A stretch of 64,000 nt of DNA from Roseococcus sp. (lineage in GTDB: Bacteria; Pseudomonadota; Alphaproteobacteria; Acetobacterales; Acetobacteraceae): the NCBI GenBank assembly GCA_035998215.1, contig DASYHU010000025.1:134867-198866 (forward strand). Reading direction: 5' to 3'. Both the position numbers and the translations under genes were made by a program. The notes under the pieces were generated by a model. It was not told the DNA's origin. It was given only the letters and a program-made list of their open reading frames with translations, and did not search any database. Positions 17,449-26,986 of the stretch are shown here, one piece after another. The first letter of the stretch is position 1, and every line of letters begins with the position of its first letter.

Positions 17449-18914
17449 TGTCGCTCGCCTTGATGTTCCAGGGCACCGGCTCCGACGTCGGCAAGTCGTT
17501 GATCGTGGCGGGGCTGGCGCGCGCCTTCACCCGGCGCGGCCTCAGCGTACGCCCCTTCAAGCCGCAGAACATGAGCAACAACGCCGCCGTCACGGCCGAT
17601 GGCGGCGAGATCGGCCGCGCGCAGGCGCTGCAGGCGCGCGCCGCTGGCGTAGCCCCCTCGGTCCACATGAACCCCGTGCTGCTCAAGCCGCAAAGCCAGG
17701 TGGGTGCCCAGATCATCGTGCAGGGGCGCGTGGTGGGGCAGGCGCGGGCGGCGGAATACCAGCGCCTGAAGCCCGGCTTCATGGCCGCCGTGCTCGACAG
17801 TTTCGCGCGGATGCGCGCCGAGGCCGACATCGTGCTGGTCGAGGGCGCCGGCAGTGCCGCCGAGGTCAATCTCCGCGCCAATGACATCGCCAACATGGGC
17901 TTCGCGCGCGCGGCGGATGTGCCCGTGGTGCTGATCGGCGACATTGACCGCGGCGGCGTCATCGCGGCGCTCGTCGGCACCCATGCGGTGCTGGAGGCCG
18001 AGGACGCCGCCATGATCGGCGGCTTCATCGTCAACCGCTTCCGCGGCGACCCCGCGCTCTTCGCCGATGGCATGGCGCTGATCGCCGCGCGCACGGGCTG
18101 GGCGGCGCTGGGCCTCGTGCCCCACCTGCCCGATGCGGCGAAGCTGCCGGCCGAGGATGCGCTGGCGCTGGACCATCCGCTCGCGCGCAAGCCGGGGGCC
18201 AGGCTGCGCGTGGCCGTGCCCATCCTGCCCGCCATCGCCAATTTCGACGACCTCGACCCGCTGATCGCGGAGCCGGAGGTGGAGGTGCTGCGCGTACGGC
18301 CGGGCCAGGCCCTGCCGGGCGATGCGCAGCTCGTCATCCTGCCTGGATCGAAGTCCACGCTCTCCGACCTGCGCGCGCTGCGCGCGGCGGGCTTCGACCT
18401 GGACATCGCCGCACATCTCCGGCGCGGCGGGCATGTGCTGGGTCTGTGCGGCGGCTACCAGATGCTGGGCCGGACCGTGGCCGACCCGGACGGCGTGGAG
18501 GGGCCGCCCGGCACGCTGCCTGGCCTGGGATTGCTGGAGGTGGACACGGTGCTCTCAGGCGAAAAGCGCCTGGTGCCCGTGCGCGGCCGCAGCCATGACG
18601 GCGCATCCCTCACCGGCTATGAGATGCATATGGGCCGCACCGATGGCCCCGCACGCGCCCGCCCCTTCGCCACCCTGGAGGACAGCGGCGCGGAGGGCGC
18701 CGTCTCGCCCGATGGGCGCGTCACCGGCACCTATATTCACGGCCTGTTCGGCAGCACGACCCAGCGCGCATCCTGGCTCGCGCGCTTCGACGCCGGCGCG
18801 CCGCGGCTCGACCATGAGGCGGAGGTGGAGGCGGCGCTGGATGCGCTGGCCGCGCATCTGGAAGCGCATCTGGACCTCGACGCGCTGCTCAGCCTTGCAG
18901 CGCGAGGAAGATGA
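17448..18914 (+). CDS. cobQ: Cobyric acid synthase
   Basis: 488-aa [24 protein letters not shown] ... [11 protein letters not shown] ... and a C-terminal GATase domain ([10 protein letters not shown]). Typical CobQ/CbiP. Confidence 0.9.
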   Translation: MSLALMFQGTGSDVGKSLIVAGLARAFTRRGLSVRPFKPQNMSNNAAVTADGGEIGRAQALQARAAGVAPSVHMNPVLLKPQSQVGAQIIVQGRVVGQARAAEYQRLKPGFMAAVLDSFARMRAEADIVLVEGAGSAAEVNLRANDIANMGFARAADVPVVLIGDIDRGGVIAALVGTHAVLEAEDAAMIGGFIVNRFRGDPALFADGMALIAARTGWAALGLVPHLPDAAKLPAEDALALDHPLARKPGARLRVAVPILPAIANFDDLDPLIAEPEVEVLRVRPGQALPGDAQLVILPGSKSTLSDLRALRAAGFDLDIAAHLRRGGHVLGLCGGYQMLGRTVADPDGVEGPPGTLPGLGLLEVDTVLSGEKRLVPVRGRSHDGASLTGYEMHMGRTDGPARARPFATLEDSGAEGAVSPDGRVTGTYIHGLFGSTTQRASWLARFDAGAPRLDHEAEVEAALDALAAHLEAHLDLDALLSLAARGR

Positions 18915-19848
18915 GCGCCAGCAGCGCGATGAGCAGGGCGTCCGCCACACGATACAGGCGCAGCGCGGCGCGGATGTCGGCGGCACGGGCCTCCCGCCGC
19001 CCATCGCCCATGAAGGCATCCTCCACCAGCACGCCGCCATAGTGGCGCGGGCCGGCGAGCGCGAGGCCCAGCGCGCCCGCCATCGCGGCCTCCGGCCAGC
19101 CGGCATTGGGCGAGCGGTGGCGCTTCGCATCCCGCCACATGGCGCGCCACGCACCCCGCGCATCCATGCCCGGCAGAAGTGCCGCGGCCGCGATGAGGGC
19201 CAGCCCCGTGAGGCGCGAGGCCGGCAGGTTCAGCACATCGTCGCAGCGCGCGGACGCCCAGCCAAAGGCCTCATGCCGCGCGGTGCGATGGCCGATCATG
19301 CTGTCGGCGGTGTTCACGGCCTTGTAGATGGCCGCCCCCGGCAGCCCGCCCAGCGCCAGCCAGAAGCCCGGCGCGGTGACGCCGTCGGAGAAGTTCTCCG
19401 CGAGGCTCTCGATCGCCGCGCGCGCCACGCCCGCTTCGTCCAGCGAGAGCGGGTCGCGGCCCACGATATGCGAGACGGCCTCGCGCCCCGCATCCAGCCC
19501 GCCCTGTTCCATCGCCTCGGCCACGCGCGCCACATGCTCGTGCAGGCTGCGCTGCGCGAGCAGGCTGCTGGCGACCAGCGCCACGACCAGCAGGCCGAAG
19601 GGCAGCGCCAGCAGCGCCGATTGCAGCGCCAGCCCCACGCCGCCCGCCACCAGCAGCAGCACCAGCAGCGCCGCGACCCCCGCCGCACGGCGCGCGGCGA
19701 AACTCCGCGCCGCCTGGTTCCATCCGCGATCCATCGCCGCGATCAGCCGGCCGATCCAGATGACGGGGTGGCCGATGCGGTCCACCAGGCGCTGCGGATA
19801 GCCGATGGCGGCCTCGATCAGCAGCGCGAGAAGGGCAAGCCCGGTCAC
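18889..19848 (-). CDS. cobD: Adenosylcobinamide-phosphate synthase (CobD/CbiB), integral membrane
   Basis: The CbiB-like sequence starts at [21 protein letters not shown] (GTG at 19848, a GTGA overlap with the cobC stop). It continues [10 protein letters not shown] ... NTADSMIGH ... [16 protein letters not shown], all typical CbiB motifs. 26-nt convergent overlap with cobQ. Confidence 0.9.
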   Translation of the reverse strand: MTGLALLALLIEAAIGYPQRLVDRIGHPVIWIGRLIAAMDRGWNQAARSFAARRAAGVAALLVLLLVAGGVGLALQSALLALPFGLLVVALVASSLLAQRSLHEHVARVAEAMEQGGLDAGREAVSHIVGRDPLSLDEAGVARAAIESLAENFSDGVTAPGFWLALGGLPGAAIYKAVNTADSMIGHRTARHEAFGWASARCDDVLNLPASRLTGLALIAAAALLPGMDARGAWRAMWRDAKRHRSPNAGWPEAAMAGALGLALAGPRHYGGVLVEDAFMGDGRREARAADIRAALRLYRVADALLIALLALIFLALQG

Positions 19849-20858
19849 GCCAGCGCCGCCGCCAGCCGCGCGAAGCCGGCCTCGTCGGGCGGCAGGCCCA
19901 GGCGCAGACGGTCCGGCCAGTGGGGGAATTCGCGCACCAGGATGCCGGCGCGGCCCAGGCGCTCCCCGGTGCCGGGGGGGGCCGCCACGAAGCGGAACAG
20001 CGGCGTGCCGCCCAGCACCGCGAGGCCTGCGGCCGCGAGCACGGCATCGAGCCGGGCCGACGCCGCATGGAGTTGTTCGCACTGCGCCGCAGCCCAATCC
20101 TCGTCGGCCAGCGCCGCCAGCCCTGCATGCAGGGCCGGCCCCGCGACGCACCAGGGGCCAAGCAGCGCCTCCAGCCGCGCCGCGATGGCCTCCGGCACCA
20201 CGGCGAAGCCCAGCCGGACCCCCGCCAGGCCATGGAACTTGCCGAAGGAGCGCAGCACCACCACCCCGCCCCCCGGCACCAGGGGCAGCGCGGTCGGCAA
20301 GCCCGGGTCGGCGTCGAGAAAGGCCTCATCCACCACCAGCAGCCCCTCCGCCGCACGCTGGGTGGCGGCCAGGGCTTCCAGCGTGGCGAAGGGCAGCACG
20401 CGGCCTGTGGGGTTGTCGGGGTTCACCACCGTCACGACCGCGGCCGGTGTCAGTGCCTCCAGCGCAGGCACCTCGTGCGCCGCATGCCCGGCCAGGGTGG
20501 CGGCGCGGGCGTGCTCGGCATAGGTGGGGCCCAGGATGCGCGCCTGGCCCGGCGGGCGCAGCGCCGCGACCATGGGCAGCAGGATCTGCGTGCCGGGGGC
20601 GGCCACCACCCGCGCCCCCGCCGGCACGCCCCAGCGCCGCGCGGCCAGGGCACAGAGGGCGGCATGGTCGGCGGGTTCCGGCAGGCGGGTAAGGGCGACG
20701 GGCGGCAGTGGCGGCAGCGGATAGGCGCGCGGCGCGATGCCGGTGGAGAGGTCCAGGAACGGCTCGGGCGCGTGCGGGAACCGCCGGCGCGCGGCCGCCA
20801 TATTGCCGCCATGCAGCACGGGCGGACCGCTTGCGTTATTGAATATCATCACACTCAC
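19845..20858 (-). CDS. cobC: Threonine-phosphate decarboxylase (class I/II aminotransferase fold)
   Basis: 337-aa ORF. HGGN ... FLDLSTGI ... VVNPDNPTG ... LRSFGKFHGLAG (PLP lysine context). It lies immediately upstream of cobD. The start is either GTG at 20858 or ATG at 20849. Confidence 0.8.
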   Translation of the reverse strand: MSVMIFNNASGPPVLHGGNMAAARRRFPHAPEPFLDLSTGIAPRAYPLPPLPPVALTRLPEPADHAALCALAARRWGVPAGARVVAAPGTQILLPMVAALRPPGQARILGPTYAEHARAATLAGHAAHEVPALEALTPAAVVTVVNPDNPTGRVLPFATLEALAATQRAAEGLLVVDEAFLDADPGLPTALPLVPGGGVVVLRSFGKFHGLAGVRLGFAVVPEAIAARLEALLGPWCVAGPALHAGLAALADEDWAAAQCEQLHAASARLDAVLAAAGLAVLGGTPLFRFVAAPPGTGERLGRAGILVREFPHWPDRLRLGLPPDEAGFARLAAALA

Positions 20859-20867
20859 GTCGCGCGG

Positions 20868-21374
20868 TCAGGCCTCCGCCGCGGCGCGGGCGCACTCGGG
20901 GCAAGTGCCCACCAGCTCCACCACGCGGCGTTCCACCGCATAGCCGCTGTCATCGGCCGTGACGCCCAGCACGGCCGCCAGCGCTGCGTCCTCCAGGTCA
21001 TTCACGGCGCCGCACCCACGGCAGACGGCAAAGGCGCTGGGGTGGGCATGGTCGTCATAGGGGGCCGGGGTGCAGCCGCAGCTCGGCCGCGCGCTGATGG
21101 CGGAAGTGTAGGCGTTCAGGCTCTCAATGCGATGGATCAGCCCGGCCTCGCGCAGCGCGTCGAGGGCCCGATAGACGGTCTGCGGCCCACGGATTCCCTC
21201 AGGGCGCAGGCGTTCCAGCACCTCATAGGCGGTCAGCGCCCGGCCCGTCTCGGCGCGCAGCACGCCCATCACCAGCGCCTGGTTGCGCGACAGCGGTGGC
21301 GCGGCCGCGCTGGCGAGAAATTCACCCCGCGCGGAGGCGGAGAGCGAACGCGGGAAGGGGATGCTCTTGCACAT
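20868..21374 (-). CDS. zur: Fur-family metalloregulator, Zur-like
   Basis: 168-aa ORF. LSRNQALVMGVL ... LTAYEVLERLR ... TVYRALDALREAGLIHRIESLNAY ... HAHP ... CRGCG ... CPEC. Winged-helix domain plus CxxC...CxxC structural site, closely resembling alphaproteobacterial Zur. Only 9 nt separate its stop from cobC. Confidence 0.75.
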   Translation of the reverse strand: MCKSIPFPRSLSASARGEFLASAAAPPLSRNQALVMGVLRAETGRALTAYEVLERLRPEGIRGPQTVYRALDALREAGLIHRIESLNAYTSAISARPSCGCTPAPYDDHAHPSAFAVCRGCGAVNDLEDAALAAVLGVTADDSGYAVERRVVELVGTCPECARAAAEA

Positions 21375-21376
21375 GA

Positions 21377-21391
21377 TGTGATCTTATCACA
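21377..21391. promoter_or_regulatory. Perfect 6-3-6 palindrome TGTGATcttATCACA; candidate operator (Zur/Fur-family box)
   Basis: Seen directly. It is the only AT-rich element in the 28-nt gap between the divergent zur (ATG 21374) and methyltransferase (ATG 21403) ORFs. The function is inferred. Confidence 0.5.
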
Positions 21392-21402
21392 GGATTGGCC
21401 GG

Positions 21403-22179
21403 ATGGCACCGCAGTCTAACCCCGATCCGCGCCCGGAGGGCAGCCTCTCCCCGGATATGGGCCGAGGTTCCGTCTGGCCCGACCGCGCCGCGCGGTTCTA
21501 CGCGCAGGCATTGGACCGCTCCGACTATGGCGCGGCCATCGCCGGCGCCCTGCACGGCGAGGCGCCGGACAGCCTGCTCGACATCGGCGCCGGCGCCGGC
21601 CATCCGGTCCTGCCCTGGCTGCCGGAAGCCGCGGAATGGACCGCGCTGGAACCCAACCGCTACCTGCGCGCCCGGCTGGGGCGGCTGCGGCGGACGCAGC
21701 TGCGCGCCTTGAACGCCCGCTGGGAAGCCCTGCCCGAACTGGGCCTCGCCCCGCATCACTGGGCCTTCGCCGCCAATATCGGCGCCACGCTCCAGGCACC
21801 GCGAACCCTGCTTGGCCACATGCGGGCGCTCGCGCGGGCGCGGGTGGCCTGGGTGGTGCCGGCCCAGCACGGGCCGCGCCGCTGGTGCCTGGCCGGCGCC
21901 CTGCCCGCCGCCCTGCATGGCGAGGACGAAACGCCCGCCCTGCGCGGCGTGCTCGCCGCCCTGGGTCCGGACCAGCCGCACGACATCCGCCTTGCGCCCT
22001 GGACCTTCCGCGCGCGCTTCGACGGGCTCGACGCCGCCACGCGCTATTGCGCGACCCAGCTCTCCCTGCCGCCCGCCGCCTGCCGCGCGGCGGTGGAGGC
22101 GGCCGCGCGCCCCCTGCCCTGCGGCGGCGTCGAACTTGCCGCGCCAAAAGTCTCCGCCCTTCTCCTCTGGAATCTCTGA
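21403..22179 (+). CDS. Class I SAM-dependent methyltransferase-like protein, unknown substrate
   Basis: 258-aa ORF with an LLDIGAGAGHP glycine-rich motif I and no other recognisable features. The true start may be a downstream Met (for example MGRGS at 21457). Its stop lies 4 nt before the TonB-dependent receptor gene. Confidence 0.55.
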   Translation: MAPQSNPDPRPEGSLSPDMGRGSVWPDRAARFYAQALDRSDYGAAIAGALHGEAPDSLLDIGAGAGHPVLPWLPEAAEWTALEPNRYLRARLGRLRRTQLRALNARWEALPELGLAPHHWAFAANIGATLQAPRTLLGHMRALARARVAWVVPAQHGPRRWCLAGALPAALHGEDETPALRGVLAALGPDQPHDIRLAPWTFRARFDGLDAATRYCATQLSLPPAACRAAVEAAARPLPCGGVELAAPKVSALLLWNL

Positions 22180-22183
22180 ACCG

Positions 22184-24370
22184 ATGCGACAACTTCTTCT
22201 CGCCGGCTCGGCGCTGGCCGTGCTGGGCCTGCCCGCCGCCACCCTTCGCGCGCAGGGCATGGCGCCCGAGGTCCGCCTGCCCCCCACGGCCAGCCTGGAC
22301 GAGGTGGTGGTAACGGCGACACGCCGGCCGGAGCCGCGCTCCGCGCTGGCCGGCACCGTGCAGGTGATTGACGAAGCCACCATCCGCAACAGCACCGCCC
22401 AGAACCTGACGGACCTGCTGGCCGAGAACGCGGTCGGCTTCTTCAGCGAATGGACGCCCGCGCAGACCAGCATCAACATCCGCGGCGGCGCCACTGACGG
22501 CCAGGGGCGTGACTTTCGCAGCCAGGTGCTGGTGCTGGTGAACGGCCGGCGCGCGGGCACGGCGAACCTCTCGAAGCTCAGCCCCTCCGAGGTCGCGCGC
22601 ATCGAGGTGATCCGCGGCCCGGCCAGCGTGGTCTATGGCAGCCAGGCGCTCGGCGGCGTCATCAACCTCATCCTGCGCGACGGGGTGAATTCGCCGGGCG
22701 GGCGGGCCGAGCTTCGCGGCGGCTCCTGGGGGCTGGTCGAGGGGCGCGCGGGCTACGGCGGCGCGCTGGAGAGTGCGGGCGTGGACTACTACCTGGGCTT
22801 CGCCGGCGGCCGGCGCGATTCCTACCGCGCGGGCGGCGGGGCCGAGCAGGCGGGCACGCAGTGGAACCGCCTGGGCGCGCTGGGGGCGCTCGGCGTGCAG
22901 ACCGGGCTGGGGCGCGTGGGCGTGACCCTACGGACCGACGGCACCTATAATTCGGGGTTCCGCGGCTCCGCCTGGAACCCCACCAACAGCGAGGACCGCA
23001 CCAACGCCTCCGCCGACGTGACGCTGGACGGCGGCACGGAAGACGGGCGCTACCGCTGGTTCGGCCAGTTCTACGCGGTGCGCGACGTGGACCATTTCCG
23101 CTGGCGTTCGCCCATCCAGCGCAGCGGAGCGGGGCTGCCGGTGCCGGGCACGGATGCCGACCGCAACCACCGCACGCTGGACATACTCGGCCTGCGCCTG
23201 CAGCCCTCCATGCGGCTGTGGCAGGGGGCGGAACTGGTGACGGGGCTCGATCTCGAATACTCCACCCTGCGCTCCACCCGCTGGCGCGTGGGGCTGCCTG
23301 GGAGCGGCATCACCACCCAGGTGCCGCCCTTCGACAATGACCAGACGGAGCGGACGGCGGGCCTCTTCGCCGAACTCTCGCAGCGCCTGTGGGATGACCG
23401 GCTGACGCTGCGCGGCGGCGTGCGCCGGACCTGGGGCGAGACGCAGGTGGACGCGACCCCCAACCAGCCGGCGCTGCGCCTGCGCCGCGCGGAGTATGAG
23501 GCCACCACCTGGTCGGCCGGCGCGAGCCTGCGCGTGGCGGAGGGTGCCGTGCTGCGCGCCAATGCGGCGACCGGCTTCCGCGCGCCCACGGCCACGGACC
23601 TCGCCGCGGACTTCACGGCGCTGGGCGGCGGGCGCGTCTTCGGTAACCCGAACCTGCGCCCCGAGACCAGCACGCAGTACGAGGTGGGAGCCGCGCTGTT
23701 CCGCCCCGGCTGGCGGGCCGATGTGGCGCTGTTCCAGAACACCATCCATGACCGCATCACCACCCGCGCGCGGCCTGGCGTCGCCAATACCTCGGACTAT
23801 GTGAACAACCCGGGCGACATCCTGGTGCGCGGGCTGGAGGTGCAATTCCAGGCCGACATGGCGCGCGCCTTCGGCATCCAGGGCTGGCGCTGGACCGCCT
23901 TCGCCAACGCATCCTGGAACTTCGACATGATCGACGAGGGCGCGCGGCTTGGCCCCCGGGTGAACACGCGCACGGCGCAGCGCATGTATCGCTACCAGGC
24001 GGCCATCGGCACCACGGTGGGCCAGGCGCGGTGGGATGTCTCGGTGCTGGGCATCCTGCGCGGGCCCGTCCACTACGACACCGAGGAAAACCTGCTGATC
24101 CCGGCCGCGGAGCCCTTCCGCGAATACATCCACCGCAAGGGCCCCTTCTGGGTGTGGAACCTGCGCGGCAGCTTCCAGCCCCTGCCCGAGCAGGCGCCGG
24201 GCTTGCGCATCTTCGGCGCCATCAACAACCTGTTCGACGTGAACAACCACGCGCTCTTCATCGCGACGGCGGGGCAGCCCTTCCTGGGGGATGCACGCTT
24301 CTCCAATGGCGGGCTGGGCAATTCGATGCCGGGGCGGGAGTTCACGGCCGGGTTGCGCGTCACATTCTGA
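22184..24370 (+). CDS. TonB-dependent outer-membrane receptor (BtuB/siderophore-receptor-like)
   Basis: 728 codons from MRQLLLAGSALAVLGLPAATLRAQG (signal peptide). TonB box/plug DEVVVTATR ... IEVIRGPASVVYGSQALGGVINL, and a C-terminal ...GREFTAGLRVTF aromatic terminus. Confidence 0.9.
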   Translation: MRQLLLAGSALAVLGLPAATLRAQGMAPEVRLPPTASLDEVVVTATRRPEPRSALAGTVQVIDEATIRNSTAQNLTDLLAENAVGFFSEWTPAQTSINIRGGATDGQGRDFRSQVLVLVNGRRAGTANLSKLSPSEVARIEVIRGPASVVYGSQALGGVINLILRDGVNSPGGRAELRGGSWGLVEGRAGYGGALESAGVDYYLGFAGGRRDSYRAGGGAEQAGTQWNRLGALGALGVQTGLGRVGVTLRTDGTYNSGFRGSAWNPTNSEDRTNASADVTLDGGTEDGRYRWFGQFYAVRDVDHFRWRSPIQRSGAGLPVPGTDADRNHRTLDILGLRLQPSMRLWQGAELVTGLDLEYSTLRSTRWRVGLPGSGITTQVPPFDNDQTERTAGLFAELSQRLWDDRLTLRGGVRRTWGETQVDATPNQPALRLRRAEYEATTWSAGASLRVAEGAVLRANAATGFRAPTATDLAADFTALGGGRVFGNPNLRPETSTQYEVGAALFRPGWRADVALFQNTIHDRITTRARPGVANTSDYVNNPGDILVRGLEVQFQADMARAFGIQGWRWTAFANASWNFDMIDEGARLGPRVNTRTAQRMYRYQAAIGTTVGQARWDVSVLGILRGPVHYDTEENLLIPAAEPFREYIHRKGPFWVWNLRGSFQPLPEQAPGLRIFGAINNLFDVNNHALFIATAGQPFLGDARFSNGGLGNSMPGREFTAGLRVTF

Positions 24371-25263
24371 CGCTGCCACGCCGCGCGCTGCTGGCCGCAC
24401 CCCTGCTGGCACCCCTGGCCGCGCGCGCGCAGTCCTGGCCGCGCGCGGTGACGGATGGGCTGGGGCGGCGCGTCGTCATCGCGCGGCCGCCGCGGCGGAT
24501 CGTGGCCATCTTTGCCTCGAACACCGAAATGCTGGCGGCCATCGGCGCGCTGGACCGCGTGGTGGGCATCGAGGCCTACACCCGCTTCCCGCCCGAGGTG
24601 CAGGGGCTTCCGTTGGTGGGCGGCAGGCTCGGCTTCTCGGCCGAGGCCATCGCGCGGCTGGAAGCCGACCTCGTGGTGATGACCCCCGCCCGCAACGCCG
24701 CCCATGCGCTGACCGAACCCATGGCGCGCATCGGCGTGCCGGTGCTGGTGGTGACGCATCATGACCTCGCGCAGATCTTCGCCAACCTCCGCCTGCTGGG
24801 AATGGCCACCGGGCAGGAGGCAATGGCCGAAGCGCTGGTGGCGCGGCTGGAGGCGCGGCTCGGCGCCGTGCGGGCCCGGCTTGGGGGGCGCGCGCCGGTG
24901 CGGGTCTTCATGGAAACCTCCAGCACCGGGCGCGGCGTCTATGGCACCATCCGCCCCGGCAGTTATTCCTTCGACGCGGTGCGGCTGGCGGGGGGCGAGA
25001 GCGTGTTTCCGGAGCTTTCGCCCAATGGCCCGCCCCTCGTCTCCGGCGAGGCCATCCTGCGCGCCGACCCCGCCTTCTACCTGGTGGCCGGCCGGCCCGA
25101 CCAGGCGGCGGATGTGCCGCGCCGCACCGGCTTCGTGTCGCTCTCGGCCGTCCGCACGGGCCGGGTGCATGTGGTCAGCCGCGCGCAATTCCTCATCCCC
25201 GGCCCGCGCGTGGTGGATGGGGTCGAGAGCCTCGCGCGGCTGCTGCACGGGGAGGCGGCATGA
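24367..25263 (+). CDS. ABC transporter periplasmic binding protein, BtuF/FecB-type
   Basis: (L/M)TLPRRALLAAPLLAPLAARAQS signal peptide, then RIVAIFASNTEMLAAIGALDRVVG ... typical of this binding-protein class. No in-frame ATG, GTG or TTG precedes the signal peptide, so a CTG (24367) or ATT (24364) start is inferred. The start position is therefore uncertain. Confidence 0.75.
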   Translation: MTLPRRALLAAPLLAPLAARAQSWPRAVTDGLGRRVVIARPPRRIVAIFASNTEMLAAIGALDRVVGIEAYTRFPPEVQGLPLVGGRLGFSAEAIARLEADLVVMTPARNAAHALTEPMARIGVPVLVVTHHDLAQIFANLRLLGMATGQEAMAEALVARLEARLGAVRARLGGRAPVRVFMETSSTGRGVYGTIRPGSYSFDAVRLAGGESVFPELSPNGPPLVSGEAILRADPAFYLVAGRPDQAADVPRRTGFVSLSAVRTGRVHVVSRAQFLIPGPRVVDGVESLARLLHGEAA

Positions 25264-26231
25264 TCGCCTGGCTGCTGCCGCCGCTCGGCCTGCTGGCCGG
25301 GCTGATGCTGGGCGCGGTGACGCTGACGCCGGCCGAGGCGCTATCCCTGCTGGCCGACCCCGCGCAGCCCCTGGGGCAACTCCTGTGGCAATGGCGCCTG
25401 CCGCGCGTGCTGGCGGCGGGCTGCGTGGGGGCTTTGCTGGCGCTCGGCGGCGCGGTGTTCCAGGGCGTGTTCCGCAACCCGCTGGCGGAACCCTACCTGC
25501 TCGGCAGCGCGGGCGGCGCGGCGGTGGGTGCGACCGTGGCGCTGCTGGTCGCGCTGCCGCTGCCGACATGGCTCGCCCTGCCGCTGCTGGCCTTCTGCGG
25601 CGCCTGGGGGGCCACCTGGCTGGTGCTGGCGCTGGCGCGGCTGGCCGATGGGACCTCCGTGGCCGCGCTGCTGCTGGCCGGCGTGGCGGTCGCGGCGCTG
25701 CTGGGGGCGGTGCGCTCCTTCCTGATGCTGGCGCTGTCCGACGAGACGGTGAGCCTGCAGGCCGTGCTGGCCTGGGCGCTCGGGGGCGTGCAGACGCCCT
25801 CCTGGCCCGAACTGGCCGTGCTGGGGGCTCTCACGGCGGCGGCGCTGGTCCTGTGCCTCGGCCTGGCGCGGGGGCTTGATCTGCTGGGGCTGGGCGAGGC
25901 GGTGGCGGAATCCTTTGGCCTTCCGGTGCGGCGCTTCGTCGCGCTGGCCGTGCTGGCCGGCGCCTTCGTGGTCGCGGTCAGCGTGGTGTGGGGCGGGCTG
26001 GTGGGCTTCGTGGGGCTGATGGCGCCGCATCTGGCGCGCTGGACGGCGGGGCCGCTGCACCGCGGACTGCTGCCGCGCGCGGCGGCCATCGGCGCGGGGC
26101 TGGCCATGTTGTGCGACGGCGCGGCCCGCGCCCTGCTGCCGCCCGCCGAAATTCCGCTCGGCCTCGTCACGGCGGCCATCGGCGCGCCCTTCTTCCTGCT
26201 GGTCCTGGCGCGGGAGGCGCGGCGTGGCTGA
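25260..26231 (+). CDS. ABC transporter permease, FecCD/BtuC family
   Basis: 323-aa polytopic ORF. WRLPRVLAAGCVGALLALGGAVFQGVFRNPLAEPYLLGSAGGAA is the FecCD signature region. ATGA overlap with the binding-protein gene. Confidence 0.9.
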   Translation: MIAWLLPPLGLLAGLMLGAVTLTPAEALSLLADPAQPLGQLLWQWRLPRVLAAGCVGALLALGGAVFQGVFRNPLAEPYLLGSAGGAAVGATVALLVALPLPTWLALPLLAFCGAWGATWLVLALARLADGTSVAALLLAGVAVAALLGAVRSFLMLALSDETVSLQAVLAWALGGVQTPSWPELAVLGALTAAALVLCLGLARGLDLLGLGEAVAESFGLPVRRFVALAVLAGAFVVAVSVVWGGLVGFVGLMAPHLARWTAGPLHRGLLPRAAAIGAGLAMLCDGAARALLPPAEIPLGLVTAAIGAPFFLLVLAREARRG

Positions 26232-26976
26232 GGCGGCGCTCAGCCTGCGGGGCGTGGGCCATCGCGCCGGAGGGGTGGCGCTGGTGGAGGATGTCTCCCT
26301 CGACCTGCGCGCTGGCGAGGTGCTGGGCCTCATTGGTCCGAATGGCGCGGGCAAGACCACGCTGCTGCGACTGATGGCCGGGCTGCTCCGCCCCGCCCCG
26401 GGTGAGATCCGGCTGCATGGCCGGCCGCTGCCCGCCTGGCCGGCGCGAGAGCGCGCGCGGCGCATGGGCTACCTTCCCCAGCACTTCGCGCCGCACTGGG
26501 ACTACACGGCGCGGGAATTGCTGCGCCTCGGGCTGGAGCGCGGCGGCAGTGCCGAGGGGCTTGAGGAAGTCGCCACCCTGCATGGCGTGGCCGGGCTGCT
26601 GGGGCGCCGCTGGTCCAGCCTTTCCGGCGGCGAGCGGGCGCGCGTGCTGGCGGCCTCGGTGCTGGCCACGCGGCCCGGCGTTGTCTTGGCCGACGAGGCG
26701 ACGGCGGCGCTGGATGTGGGGCAGTCCCTCGCCCTCATGCGGCGGCTGCGCGCCGCGGCGCGGGAGGGGGCGGCGGTGGCGGTGGTGGTGCATGACCTCA
26801 ACCTCGCGCTGGCGGGCTGCGACCGCCTGGCCCTGCTGCACCAGGGGCGCTTGCAGGCGCTCGGGCCGGCGGCCGCCCTGGCCGAGGATGCGCGGCTGGA
26901 CGCTGCTTTCGGCGTGGCCTTCGTCCGGGTGCGGACGGAGGCGGGGCTGTTGCTCTCCGCGCGCGGAGGCGATTGA
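26224..26976 (+). CDS. ABC transporter ATP-binding protein (BtuD/FecE-like)
   Basis: 250-aa ORF. Walker A GPNGAGKTTLL, ABC signature LSGGERARV, Walker B VVLADEATAALD. GTG start overlapping the permease end. Confidence 0.9.
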   Translation: MAEAALSLRGVGHRAGGVALVEDVSLDLRAGEVLGLIGPNGAGKTTLLRLMAGLLRPAPGEIRLHGRPLPAWPARERARRMGYLPQHFAPHWDYTARELLRLGLERGGSAEGLEEVATLHGVAGLLGRRWSSLSGGERARVLAASVLATRPGVVLADEATAALDVGQSLALMRRLRAAAREGAAVAVVVHDLNLALAGCDRLALLHQGRLQALGPAAALAEDARLDAAFGVAFVRVRTEAGLLLSARGGD

Positions 26977-26986
26977 GGCGCCCCGC

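Noticed and set aside
21403-22183. A possible cobalamin riboswitch upstream of the TonB-dependent receptor, as is usual for btuB.
   Set aside because: The region is occupied by a protein-like methyltransferase ORF. None of the conserved riboswitch blocks (CUGCCCCCGCAACUGU, GCCACUG, GAGCCAGGAGACCUGCC) is visible there.
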